Source: the human T2T-CHM13v2.0 reference genome, Homo sapiens | Strand: one strand, 5' to 3' | DNA length: 64,000 nt | NCBI RefSeq assembly: GCF_009914755.1 | Contig: NC_060938.1 | In this document: positions 41,089 through 55,365 of the stretch, piece after piece | Layout of the letters: each line of letters starts with the position of its first letter | Numbering within the stretch: position 1 is the first letter of the stretch | Made by a program: the position numbers and the translations under genes | The notes under the pieces: model-generated | What the model saw: only the letters and a program-made list of their open reading frames with translations | Database searches by the model: none | What the model was told of the DNA's origin: nothing

Positions 41089-41480
41089 CATTGTGGACCC
41101 ACTGATGGTTATGGATGTAAGAGAGGAAGAGCCTTTCAGAGGAGGACTGCCTATGGAACCAGAGCTGCTATTTTGATTAATGTGACCAGTTAAGCTAAAC
41201 AAAGAGATTGGCTGTAACTGGGTAAAATCAGTCACTCCAGATGCCCCAGAGAGACCAGCTTCTGGATTCAAAGTGAATACAATCTCCAGGTTGAGAGGGA
41301 CAGCTATGGATGGGGGCTCTACAGAGAAACAAATCCCTCGCTCACTGTTGTAGGGGTGGAATACGTTCATGAAGGTGAAACGGCAATACATATTCCTAAC
41401 TTGAAATTCTCCATACTGTCTGACATAAAGATCCCACCTCTGCTCTACGAATCGATGTAGTCTAGAGACCATGTAAATAT
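41089..41480 (-). other. Candidate 392-nt exon, open in one frame throughout (lncRNA exon or unrecognised coding exon)
   Basis: Acceptor ccctttcccctcctctcag|AT and donor ATG|GTAAGT; ORF 41080-41517 coincides with these limits; peptide not recognised. Confidence 0.5.
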
Positions 41481-41759
41481 CTGAGAGGAGGGGAAAGGGC
41501 ATACACAGGCCTATCACATTTTTATTTAAGGGTGGAAAAGATCAGCAACCACTTAGCTGAACATAGAAGCAGCTGAATATATTGTTAGTGTAGCCAGTTC
41601 TTGGAAGAGTATGCAGAATTTAACATTATTTTTTCAAAGACTTTTTTATTACAAAGATGTTTTAGTCACATGGAAATTCTCTCCACGTAATCATACATGG
41701 AAAATTGTACATAACTATATAATCCCAGTGGCATTATATATAACATTATAGAAATAAAA

Positions 41760-41975
41760 ATAATAACAACAACAATAATAGCTCTCATTGAATATAGTCT
41801 TTCATGAATTAATTTCATTTAGTTCTCAACCAAATCTAGGAAGTAGGTGATCATATCCCCGTTTGATGCATGAAAACACAGAGGCTCAGAGAGGGAAGTC
41901 TGTCACTCCTGGACACACAGCTACAGAGGTGAGATTCACATTCTCGTCTTCCTCCAAAACTCATGCTTTCAATGA
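41760..41975 (-). mobile_element. MIR
   Basis: GAAAACACAGAGGCTCAGAGAGG and ACACAGCTA. Confidence 0.7.
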
Positions 41976-43989
41976 GTTAGTTCATTGATGCAAATTAATT
42001 TATACTCGAGAATTTTATAAAGGGAAGAATGAGTATCAGAACATTACTTTGCAAGGGTTAACTATGTGGTAAAAATGGCAGTGATTTGGGAGTTTTCTTC
42101 GTTATGTTTTCTTTTGTTTTCACCAATTTCTGCATCAAGCATGCATTGCCTTTAACATCAGGAATAAAAAATGAATTCATGACGAAACCTTGCAGCTTAA
42201 ACAAACAAACTTATTCATGAATTATAAACAAATGACTTGATGTTCAGAAAAAATATGGACAAATGCAACCACAGAGTAAAATGTGGGGTTATTGAGTTGT
42301 GAGACCTAGTTATTTTCTATTTCTTATTTCTGTGCCACATTTTGTTAAGCACAACTTTTAGACTAGGAAATAAGAAGAGAACTGACCACATTTACAGGCC
42401 TATCTTAATTTTATTTCTCTGTGATGACAGCAAGGCAAACATTTCTCTCTATATTTGAGGGACAAAAGCCAAATGGGGCCATGTCACAAAATGAAAGAGT
42501 TTTTTTCTTTTTTACGCATTAGGAAAGAGACCTTGAGACAATGACCACTTCCATAATGGAATCAAAATGATTTCAACTGAGCGTTTGTGGTCTGGTTTCA
42601 GATTGGGTGGTATAACCATGTACTGCCGATTTCAGGCAGCATCTGAATTGGCATTCTGTTATCACGGAGGAACGAGTGGGACCCAGGAGCTGTGTCGAAA
42701 TTCTGCCCAGGCTTAATGAACGGGACCTCTGGAAAGGGCTCCCTGATATTTGCTGTGCCCCTGAAATCAGGTCTCCACTTAATAGGGAGTTTTCAGAAAT
42801 AGAGAATGAGAGAGAGAGAAAGGCAAAGAAAAGAGGGAGAGAAAGGACAGGGGAAGAATGCAGCTGACCACTGGCAGATCGGGCCTGCCTCGTCTTTTCT
42901 TCCAGAGAATATGTCTACTTGGGCTCATGAGGATAGAATTTCAGGGCACCAGGAGCTGGGCAGTCCAAGCGGTCTTTCCCGGGGCTCCTGGTCTCCTGGA
43001 TTGGGGTAGAAACGGGATGTTTACTACTGTTGCTGTTCCTGGTGTGTTCTGAGTATGACTGGGCGGTGGAACCAATTTCTTTCCCTCTTCCTTTTATTTA
43101 TGCTCCCTGTTTTATTTGTTGAGCATCACTTTTAGAATAGAAAAAAGAGAGAGAGAGAAATGCCATTTTTACAGACTTTACAGACTTAACATGTTATTTT
43201 TAAAATAAAGCTTTCTAGTGATGGGGAGGCAGAGGCTGAAGTCCCTTCACTGGCTTAGGCTGGTTTTGCCAATTGTCTCTGCCAAGCACATCCAGAAGTC
43301 TCTCTTTCCCTTAAACTCCTACCTAAGATTTAGTGAGAGGCCAGGGAAGCTGAAACATTTCAAGGGTGTCTTTAGCGACACTGGGGCCTAAATCCAGGTG
43401 GCCTGGGGAACAGATCCCGTCAGATCCTTCCTTGGAGGCTCCATTAGAGTGTGGGGGAGAAAGCCAGAGCCTTCTGCCTCCCCCTGGATCCCAGAAGTGC
43501 AGCTAGAGAGAGGTGGCTCCTTGGGAACAGCCTGACATGAAATAAAGAGCGGTAAACGGCCAGCACTTCAACTTGAAAGCAGTAGCTCAGCCCTGCATGG
43601 CTGATAACTTTGGGTCAGGCATTTAAGCTGTAACCACAGCTGCTTCCCGGTGATGCGGCATGAGGCATTTATAAAGGGTCCTGGTGCAGAGCGGCTTCCC
43701 ACAAACATTCCTTACAGTCCCCTCCTCTCCTAAGGAGCTCTCAGTTCATGTGCTCTGGTTAAATTCCACTTGAGATCATATTTTCTGTCATCCCCAAAGT
43801 CTCCCTCTTAGCTCAAGTGGTACTAAAGTGAAAGATAGCTGGTCAAATCTCCCGAATCCTTATTCTCATCCCTATCAAACAAAGCCGGATTTGAGGATTA
43901 CCGAGGCTATGGTAACATGCTCTCGCATCTGAGAGTGGGAGTGTGTGTGAGGAGGTGGAGAAAGACACCTGGCCTGCAAAGGAGAGTTG

Positions 43990-44410
43990 GTCTCCTGGCC
44001 TTGCGCCTCCTAATATGTTGATTACCCCGCTGGGCCTCAGTTCCCATTATGCTAAAATGAGAAGGGGGAGAGGCATCCCTGTCTACTGACCTCTGAGTGC
44101 GGTGTGAAAGGTAAAATAAACCCATGCATGTGAATGCAGTTTGCAAACTGTACAGCCTTCATTCTCATCTCTGTGTGCTTCCGGGATATAATTAGTATAG
44201 TTATTGATAACTTTGGTAATTTTGAAAGCACCAAAATGGGCATTTTCGTTATCTTGATTTTCTGAAATTTGGCTGAAAAATAATTAACTGCTTCCCCAGT
44301 GTTTCTGGGTCTTTGGAGGAGCCGCTGACCTCTCTCAGGTGCCTTTTTTCCATCTATAATAGGAAGATCAAATGCCATCCACCTAGAAGTTTCTAGGATG
44401 CTCCAAGATG
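43990..44410 (+). mobile_element. Two MIR remnants
   Basis: CTGGGCCTCAGTTCCC and CCTCTCTCAGGTGCCTTTTTTCCATCTATAA cores. Confidence 0.55.
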
Positions 44411-45397
44411 ACTCAGTGTGGGAGTGTTTGGTAATCCCTAAAGCTCTCTACAATGTAGGTAAAGTGAGTATCAGTGACGACGAGTAACGTGGGCACAGAT
44501 TTAACAACCAGGGAATTAGCACAGCATCTTTGGGGCTCCTGCCTGGCACAGGGGCTTTGAGAATATTTGAAGGCAGGGCCGGCACTTTCCTCATTACCAG
44601 CACACACAGTGGGTTCTCGCAAAAACAGTTCTTTTAAAAATGCTATTTGTTCCAAATATAAATTATCTGGTCAACCTAATTTGTTAGTCTTTCTCTTACT
44701 AGTTAAACTGTTCAAGTTTTATGTCAACTTGAGTGCCTTTCAAGGTCTACTTTAGTTTTACTATAACTCAGCAAATCAGTCCCAACATTTTATAAACCTC
44801 AGAGAATTTGGCCATTACAAACTGATATTTTTATTTTGCTTGAAGTTATTCCTGTACGCGTTTTAAAGAACGGAAATATTAGCCCATAACAATCTAGGCA
44901 ATGGAGTCCCTTGGCATGGGTGACATTGATCAGGCTTGGTCACCTCCAGGATGTGAGGACTGGTACATTTCACAGCCTCGGTGCTGAAAATAATCTTTCC
45001 AGGAACAGCAACTACCACAACTTAATTTGCTTTTATCTCTACCTTTCATTAACAAAATTATTCCTAGAATTTATTTTGTCAAAAATATGTAAATAACTAT
45101 TTCTTGCTTCAGGATTATTTTAGAGAAGTCCCAAAATAGAAATTGACCTGGAAAGCAAATTATACATACACACGCATATATGTGGTGTGTGGTTTGGGAC
45201 ATCATATGCTATAATATGCAATACAAAATGTATATGTATAGGACACATATTCTGATGCTTAGTATATATTTACAGGACTTCCATTCTATGCTAGGTGCTG
45301 TCCTAGCTTGGGAACAATCCCCCAGCTTTTTGTTGTAAAATCCTATGTTTGCACCCAAGTTCTACCAGTTAGCAGATGTGTGATGTTAGGCAATTTA

Positions 45398-45577
45398 CCA
45401 CAGTTTATTGACCCTAAGGTGATATTGTAAGAAATATTTTAACCTCTGAAATGAAATGCATCTTACAATTGATGACATCCTACAATTAGAATTGTCAGCA
45501 TACTTTTTTCTCTTTGTGGTACGTAAGGTAAGGATGCATCTTACAAAGGATTTCACCTTAAACTTGATAACATCCAG
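45398..45577 (+). mobile_element. MER104-like TcMar-Tc2 MITE inside a MIR (~45340-45720)
   Basis: TTTTAACCTCTGAAAT and a repeated ATGCATCTTACAA. Confidence 0.7.
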
Positions 45578-47127
45578 AATCTTGCCTTTCTGAATTTTGG
45601 TTTCAGTCTCTGCAAAATGGAAAAATTGCTAACACCGAGTTGTTCTGAGAATTAAAGTAATTGATGAATTTAGAAGATTTTCTATTATGGTTACTCAATA
45701 AAGGACACATTGTTATTGTCACACTAACTTATTAATAATAGCCATAATTTAAAGAGTATTCAGTCTGCTGACAATGCTTACTCCCATTACATAGATAAGA
45801 ATATTTAAGCTTATAAGAGTTGGGTTATTTACCTAAAGCCGAGACCAAATTCAAATGCAACATCTATCTGACTCCAGTGTTCGCACTGACTCCACTAATG
45901 CTACCTCATTATACATAAATACATTTTGTATTTCGTATGTTATTCACATACAATGTGTAACCCATTGTTAACAACCCACAAATCTCTGCTACTAGGAAGG
46001 AATGAGATGGAGTTTCCAATACCCAAAGACCCCCTCCATGGCGTGTTACTGACTCTGCCTGGGCTTTTGAATGAGGATATTTATTTCCAGGTCTCTCAAA
46101 TTCTGTGGTTATTTAATCACCTCTGATACCTCCCAGTAATCACTGTGTATTGCATTATGCAAGTCAGCAAATTCTGCTCACTTTAATATACATGAGGAGG
46201 AGGGAGGGATATTTCTCACTGAAGGTTTTATGGAAAATTTTGCATTTATTGATTTTTTTCCTTAAATCTTATTCTTTAAAGACACCTCCCATACACACAC
46301 ACAAATGCACATGCATATATATGATGAAAATAATGGCTATGGCCATGTTTGTTCAACCTAACAAAAATATAGCATATTGACAACATTATCTGTCATTCCC
46401 ACATTTCACCTGGAGTAGAAAACTGTTTGATCTCAAAAGCCTGTGGACTACATCAGTTCACAAGAATATATTTTATTCATGCACATTAAAGTAAAGACAA
46501 CCATATGCAAGGGTTTCTATAACTTGGGAAAAGAGACAAAATAAAACATGTTTCTGCTTGCAAGCTTTGCATGTTGGTTACACTAGCAGTGTTCATGCCA
46601 TTTACATTTCTGCATTTTTTTTGGTCCCCTGTATTTTCAATGATCAGCACAGATTTGATGGCTTGTTGACATGGCAATGCCCTTAGAGGTCATCACTTCC
46701 CAAAAGAGATAACTGAGGGTCCAATAAGTTAGGGACTTCTATGGGGTCACATGTTGCTTTCTGTATAGGACAAGACTAGAACAAAATGTTATCTGTCTTG
46801 TAGTTCTCAGCTGGATCCGGGTACTGAAAGGGAGATGGAATCTTAGGGAGAAAATTTCACATCTCTAGACTTCTGTTTTCTCTTCTGGGAAATGGGGATG
46901 GTAGTATTGACCTCACAGCGTTGTTGTAAGAACTAATTAAAATAATATATGTAAGGGTGCTGGTATACTCTGGTTGGCACTGTTCCATATGCCTGTTTGT
47001 TTTATTTTAACTTCCTTATTTTCATTTATCTGCTGCAGGTAGCATAAAATTTTATGCAGGGGCACAAAATGACATGGTTACGACAGATTTCAGGTGACTG
47101 TGTAGACCATAAAAATATCTGGTTGTC

Positions 47128-47461
<334 letters not shown>

Positions 47462-48389
47462 CCTGGTTGTCTCTTTGCGTTCTCTTTTATTCAACAGGAA
47501 TTATCTATTGCTGTTGTATGACATTTTATCTTCAGCAACCTTGGGAACCAAAAGCAGAATGCCTGTCTGGGGGCAACATGGGAAATCTGAAATATGGCAG
47601 TTTGTAGACTGGGGTCCTCTCAGAAGGCAGTAGGTTTCATTGCAATCTTGTGGTTTCTGGATTATCAGAGTAAATGTTTCTGCCTCAGAGTCCTTAGCTC
47701 TGTGTGGCCAGTAAAGCAAGTCTAACTCAGCCAACCTGGAAAACATGCTTTTGTATATTTCTCTTGGTGTTCTCCTTTCAGGGGAGAAACACACTATTGG
47801 CAATTGTTCTCAGAGTGGAGAGTGTTATGTTTTACTTTGATGCCCTGGGCTCCTTGATAGTCCACAAGCCCACACACGGTACCAGCAGATGCTTAAGTCT
47901 TATTTTTTTTTGCCACCTGCTAGATGTTTCTAGCCAGATCATTCACTCCAAATGGAACTTGAATGTCATTTAAAATCATTTTTGGGGCCTGGTTGTCTAG
48001 TCTCTTGAGCTAAAACTATGTAAAACACTGCCATTTATCAAATCCAATAGGTTAGCTCATTTATTCCTCACAGAGAACTTGTGATGGAGGGAATATCATG
48101 CTTTATTTGTACAAGAGGAGACAGCAGCTCAGAGATGTCTCATTACTAGATTTGGTTGGCCAACTAATACGTAGCAGAGATGTAATCAGAACCGAGGATA
48201 ATGGAGGCCCAAACTGACCATTTAGTATACTGTGCTACCCCTACATACTACCAGGTTTTCAATATGAAAAGGAAGATACACTCCCTTCTTTAAAAAATAA
48301 AATCGATGAAAATATTGGGTAAAGGACCTGTGGCAATGAACATGATGTTGAGCAGAGAACTCAGCCCAGAGTAAAAGTTCAGTAAAATC

Positions 48390-48949
48390 GTATTATGGTG
48401 GTTTCATACTTACGGGTTCCCAGCCCCAAGGAAACACTTCTCTGCTCTGTTATCTGTTGCTGGAGTTGCCCTTTATGAAATCCATTTCCCAGGCTGCGGT
48501 ATCCTTGGCTTCCTGTTGCGTTGTGCCAATGGAAGTCACAGGAAGGAGACAGGAAGTTAGGAGGAGTAAAAAGAACTTTATTCTTGGTGTTTCTTATTCC
48601 TTTTCAGTGTTGCTCCAGCAGCAGCAGCAATTGACTCTATCTCTACCTTCTTTCTCCATTCCCAGAACCAGACTTCTCACAGCTTCTTAGACCCACAAAC
48701 AGCAGCTGATAAGACCTTCTTTGCAGGGCTCTGCCCTCTTTTGAGTCTCAGCTCTGGTATCCTCACTTCTCTCTTGTTCTCTGATCTCCCAGTAGTGACT
48801 GCTTGTTGTGTGAATGATTTGGTTATTATCTCTGGGTAATATTGATTTCCTGTTTGCTCTTTTAGTTTGTCAAATTCTCATGTTAAATCCTGTCTATTTG
48901 AAATACGCAGTGTGGTTTTCGTTTTCTTTTCTGAACCCTGAATGATACA
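48390..48949 (+). mobile_element. LTR33-like ERVL solo LTR
   Basis: CATTTCCCAGGCT, GGCTTCCTGTT and GCCAATGG; end TTTGAAATAC through CCCTGAATGATACA. Confidence 0.65.
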
Positions 48950-49847
48950 TTTGTTGAATGATACAACTCCCAAATAAACACAGAAATCTGAACAAGATCC
49001 ACTTGGTCATCTAAAGGTGTTTGAAACCAAATGGAAAGGATGGACCTAAATCCCAATGGAGTGTAGAAGGGTTGATGGGAGTGTTAAACAGAGGCATGAG
49101 CCAGGTGCGATAGAACAGGACAGGGAAAAGACGATTTCTAGAAGATCTAGAAATCTAGATTTCTAGATGCTAGATAAATCAAGCATAAGGCTTGATTTGA
49201 TTGAAAGGTAGTGTGGATTCTACTGAGAGAGACGAACTAACATGAGTTCTTGCAGGGTCTTCAAAACAATTTATCATGGGTAACAATTTCCAAAAATTCC
49301 CTAAAACCAGTATTTGGAGTGAGATGGAATATATATATTAATCCCTAAATAAGTAACTTTCTCATAAAAGCTAATGTTTATCTGGCACTTAATACAAGCT
49401 CCATGCCATGCTTGACTGTGACATGGACTAGTCGATTTGGGGCTCACTCTGGCCATCCTCTGTTTTAGAGGAGACACAATTGAGGCTTGAATAACAAAAA
49501 TGCCTTGTACAGAAGGTGAACAGGAATTCTAACCCTGGGAGTCTGCATCTAGAGACAATATTATGTCACCTGCACAGAAAGGGGTGGATTATTATCAGAG
49601 GGCTTTGGTACAAATCTCACCTATATGCCTTTAGGTAAGTCACTGAGACTTGTTCTCTGTGTGTTAGGAAAGTTCTCTAACACTTGCTTTCTTCCTTAGA
49701 AAAACAGAAATGCTAGTGGGCTCTAAGGAGGTTCAACATCTCAATGGATGCCCATCATAGACCCATCAGCAGTTGTTAATTTGCAGGAATAACTTTATGG
49801 TACCAGATTAGGATGAAAACCCTGCAATTTCATGCCCAGTCACTTAC

Positions 49848-50040
49848 CTTGAGCCCCCTCCCTGAGCAGAGAAGCTGTAGGCTGTGTGAGGGTCTCCAGT
49901 CCTCTCTGTGCATCTCTGAGCCATTGTGTAACCACCCCAATGCTGACAGGGCTGTAACCCACTTTTATTCACATGACAGCTGACAAGAGATCATTGCAGT
50001 TAACTCTGACCCAGGTGATTCAATGTATCAAGGTCAACCT
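49848..50040 (-). promoter_or_regulatory. Candidate promoter and first exon
   Basis: Donor AAG|GTAAGT at 49848/49847; AATAAAAG at 49969-49962; E-boxes, TGACAG sites and TCAAGGTCA at 50028-50036. Confidence 0.35.
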
Positions 50041-50188
50041 CCCTGCTGCCCAAATGGCATTGAGTGGGAACCATGGTCCTAAGAAGATGTTTATGGGCGC
50101 TTGGGTGCTCTCAACAAAATCACCAGTCACCAAGTAAGCATGATGGAAATCCACAGTGAGAAGGAGGCCTTCTGTAGTTTTCTAAAGG

Positions 50189-50372
50189 GTATTAGTTTCC
50201 TATGTCTGCTGTTAACAACTTAACCACAACCTTAGTGGCTTAAAACATCACAAATGTATTCTCTTAATAATTCCGACCTAGAAGTCAGAATTCCTAAATG
50301 AGACTCTGGGGGCTAAATCAAGTTGTCATTGGGTTGGTTCCCTCTGCAGGCTCCAAGAGTGAATCCCTTTTG
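50189..50372 (-). mobile_element. MLT1D-type LTR 3' fragment followed by a MIR
   Basis: GTATTAGTTTCCTAT, TAGTGGCTTAAAACA and GGGCTAAATCAAG. Confidence 0.75.
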
Positions 50373-52561
50373 GCACCTAAGTCTCACAATAGTCTTTCAT
50401 GTTTGTATTATTAGTTCAATTTTACAAAAGAGAAAACTGAGGCTCAGAGAGCAACCTACCCCATGTCTTACATCTATTAAGGCTGAGATAAAACTAAAAC
50501 TCAGGTCCAGTTGGCCACCAAGCCTTCTTTGTCATTTCTATTCCCCTCTCCTATGATGTGTGGTAACAATAGTAAGGTTGCTGAATTCTGTGTGCTTTGC
50601 AGTAAATGTCCCAAGATCCAAGATGTAGCTTCTTCTACTCTCTCAACATCATTTCACAAAAAAGGGCTGAGAAGGAAGCAAGAAAGAGGCATGACCTATA
50701 TGTCCCGTGGTTCATGCCCTCACTAAAGTGATAGTTTCTTTTCCGCTGGAGCCTATTAATTTTCAGAACAAATCCATGTGGTAGTCAGTATGATTTGTAA
50801 CTCCTGGATGGGCAAACCCAGGCTAAATCAAACACCCAGTTTCCCCAGTAGATAAATGGAGGGACTTGTCTGAATTTAGGATAGAAGGAAGAGGCTGGTG
50901 CACAGCTCAGACCCATGCAGAATGGGTTTCCTGCAGGAGGCAGGGCCCTCAGATGGATTAGGAGAGGGCCAGGGGCCCTCAGGGTCCAGTGGGCAGCTTT
51001 GTCCACCTTCTATCATTCCAGGCTATGCCCAGCGTCGCTGTTCTGCCAGTTGGGTCTCTAGTAAAGATGTTTCTTTGTGACCAAGTTGCTATGTCAGTCA
51101 CCCATCCCTGCTGAATCCACTTTTTAGTGTGTTTGAGTGCACACACACACAGAGCCTACCCTTAAACAACAGAATGATTTTGATACATCATTTAACTAAC
51201 CAATAGTAACATCTTGACAATTTTAATCGACTAATTATACACTCATGGTCATCTTGAAAAGTGCCCATTTTGGTTCTTTATGTCTTGACAACTGTAAGAG
51301 TCCTCAGCTGGAAAATTGGGATACAGACAGAGAATTTCAATTACTCTGACCTTGGGAAGTTGAAAGCTGGGATTTCCTTCCCAATGGGGCACAGAGAAGC
51401 AGAGAGGAGTCCTGGGAAGACTGGGTTGGCCACCCCCAGAGCTAGACTTGGGGTCTGCTCTGCTCCTCTCTGGAAATAATCAGAAAGAGACCAGGGAAAG
51501 GCATCAGGAGTTGGAGAAGAATGCAGATGCTACAAATTTAGGTATCCTCGAAACTAAAATAGCCTGGCATTTCTGCTTTCCTTCCTCTGTCTATGCCCAT
51601 TACAACCTCAGACTCTTCAGAAGCTCATTTTCTTTCTTTTCTCCTTCCACTTCCCTCTCCTCCCTCCTCCACTCTTCTCCCCTTCTCTCCTCCTTTTTCC
51701 TTTTTAAGATAGATAAATGAACATTTCATCTTTCAAGCTTAAACACGGTGTTGGTTTGCTAACACGTGCTAAAGACCTATTTTGTGCCAGGTAATTTACA
51801 GTTATCTTTTCAGTAATTTCTTATATAAACTCAAAAGATACCTTCCCCATTTACCAGAGGCAAGCCTGAGTCTCTGAAGCAAATAAAGTAACTTGCTGAA
51901 CATCATTCCAGTAGTAAATCATGGTGCCCTGATGAATCCAGCTCCATCCGCCTCCCAAACCCTCCTGGTGAGTGTGTGCAGGGGTCTCACAATTTCCTGG
52001 CTTCTTCTGTCAATCCAGAGAAAGAGGAAGCTCTGCTGAGGGTCAGATACAGGCCAGTCCTCCAACCCCATGTAACTGTGGCTACCGGCAGCTTGGACGA
52101 AGTAGTGGAGGGTGTCTGGGGCAGCACTAGTTTCTGCCTGGAACAAATTTTTAATGCCAGAGGCTGATCTCGGATCTGGGGTCTCACCTGCTCTCCCAGG
52201 TTTCATGTTTTGAAGGCCCCCTGGGAAGGGCTGAGATCAAGCAGTGCAGGCTTAGAAGGCTCCTCTCTTATATTGGGGGAGCAGGAAGGGGCACCACAAG
52301 CATAGAGAGCCTCACAGGTTGGGGAACCTCAGATGTGTTCCACCAATGCCAAAGCCAACGTGTTGTCAGAGTCAGTGGGAATTCTCTTCAGGAATAGTTA
52401 TTTCCCTTCTCGAACTTGTGGAAGTCCCACAGAAATGAATCAGACAATGACTGGGTGTCCTTGAACAATGTCTCTCTAACATTAAGTGGCTGGATCTGTA
52501 AATTAGGCACAGTTATGGTAGCCTCAGAATGTCATTTTCAGAATTAAATTGAAGAACATAT

Positions 52562-53670
<1,109 letters not shown>

Positions 53671-53771
53671 GTAAGCTAAGCACTTAGCCCAGATTCTGAT
53701 GCAGGTTTGTGACAATGCTGCTTTTCTTTCTTCCTTCAGCAGTGATTATTGTGCCAAGCTTTCTGCTAGCT

Positions 53772-53959
53772 TAAGGTTGCCAGATGAAATACAGACACCC
53801 AGTTAAATTTGAATTTTAGATACTCAATAAATTATTTTTAGTATAAGTATGTCCCAAGTATTTCATGGGATGTACTTATACTAAAGAAGTTCTTATTCAT
53901 CTGATATCTAAACAGATCAGGGTGTCCACCATGTACATTTGCTACATCTGTTGACCCTA
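53772..53959. mobile_element. MER53 palindromic MITE
   Basis: TTTAGTATAAGTATGTCCCA and TGGGATGTACTTATACTAAA form the central inverted repeat. Confidence 0.88.
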
Positions 53960-54492
53960 TCTAGGCATCAGGGAGGCAAGAGTGGTGGACAGAAGAGAAG
54001 TCATTGTCACCCGGTTAACATATTAATGGGATAAAAGTCTGTTTTTTTTTCTGTCAAGTTCCTCTGCCTTCCTCCAGTGTTTTGTTTCTTTTTCTTCTTT
54101 TTTATGTAATTCCTGAATAAGTAGAGCACCTTCATTGCTGCTGATTTTCTCAACGGCCTGCTGCTGCAGAGGCTTCTTCTCCCTCACACGCCTGTGCCTT
54201 GCTTGGGCAGCCCAAACTGTGGGGCACAGGCTGCTGCCTCCCTTAGACGGTGGCCAGCAACATACCCTGGGTGGCTCACCGCCAAAGCCAGTGCTGCCTT
54301 CAGCACTCTGTGATGACGACCTTGAGGGAAAGGTCATGTTGGCTGTTGACAAGTGCCCTGGGCCAGGGCCTGGGGCAGGTCCTGCTGATTCCAGCAGGCA
54401 TCACCGTAGCTGGAGATGGAGTTAGCAGAGGCCATGCGTGCCCTGACAGGGACTGGCTGAAGGATGGCCATGTGGGCCACTGGAGGATGCTG

Positions 54493-55243
54493 GGTGAGGT
54501 AGGCTGAGGAATGACCCCCAAAATATCCCCCTAGTAATCCCCAGTCTCTATACATGTTCATTTACATGGCAAAGGGGCCTTGAAGGTGTGATTAGGTGCA
54601 GGGTTTTGAGATGGGGGGATGCTTCTGGATTATTTGGCTCGGCCCTAACTGTAGTCATAAGCATCCTTGTAAGAGGGAGGAAAGGGGTGAAAGGAGGAAG
54701 GAGGTGTGGGAACAGACGCTGAGGTTGAAGTGATGATCTTTGAAGCTGAGGAAGGGGCCAGGAACCAAGGAATATCATCGTCCAACCAGAAGCAGGGAAA
54801 GGCAAAGAGAAAAAAAAAAGAAAAAGAAAGAAAATAAGTGAAAGGAAGGAAGAAAGGAAGAAACTGAGTCTTTCTTACAGCCCCCAGAAGGAACACGAGT
54901 CGGCTGACTCTTTGATTTCAGACTTCTGACCTCCAGATCTACAAGAGAATGCATTTGTGTTATTTTAAGCCAACATTAATTTTGTTTTATTTCTACAGGT
55001 TTTTTGGGGAACAGGTGGTATTTGGTTACATGAGTAGGTTCCTTAGTGGTGATTTGTCAGATTTTGGCCTACCCACCAACCGAGCAGTGTACACTGAATC
55101 TCATTAGTAGTCTTTTATCCCTCACCCCCTTTCCACCCGTTCCCCCAAGTTCCCAAAGTCTATTGTGTCATTCTTATGCCCTTACATCCTCATGGCTTAT
55201 GTATTTTGTGGTATTTTGCTACAAGAGCCATGAAACTCGCACA
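54493..55243 (+). mobile_element. MLT1D-type LTR split by L1PB
   Basis: TTACATGGCAAAGG, TTTGAGATGGGG and GACTTCTGACCTCCAGA; end resumes at TTTGTGGTATTTTGCTACA. Confidence 0.8.
54976..55199 (-). mobile_element. L1PB-type 3' end (~220 bp)
   Basis: TTGGGGAACAGGTGGTATTTGGTTACATGAGTA and TAGTGGTGATTTGT. Confidence 0.85.
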
Positions 55244-55365
55244 TCAGGGAACTTCGAGGACGACATCTATCCGAGGGCTTGCTTTGGGTGAGCTGTGTGG
55301 AGGTGGGGGTCCCGGGACATGCTGTCCATCACTGTCAGCCCTCTGCTCAGGCTGGGAGGATCAGG

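Noticed and set aside
43560-43720. TTTATAAA with RUNX/E-box motifs as a promoter
   Set aside because: The surrounding sequence resembles a decayed MIR 3' end; no downstream donor identified
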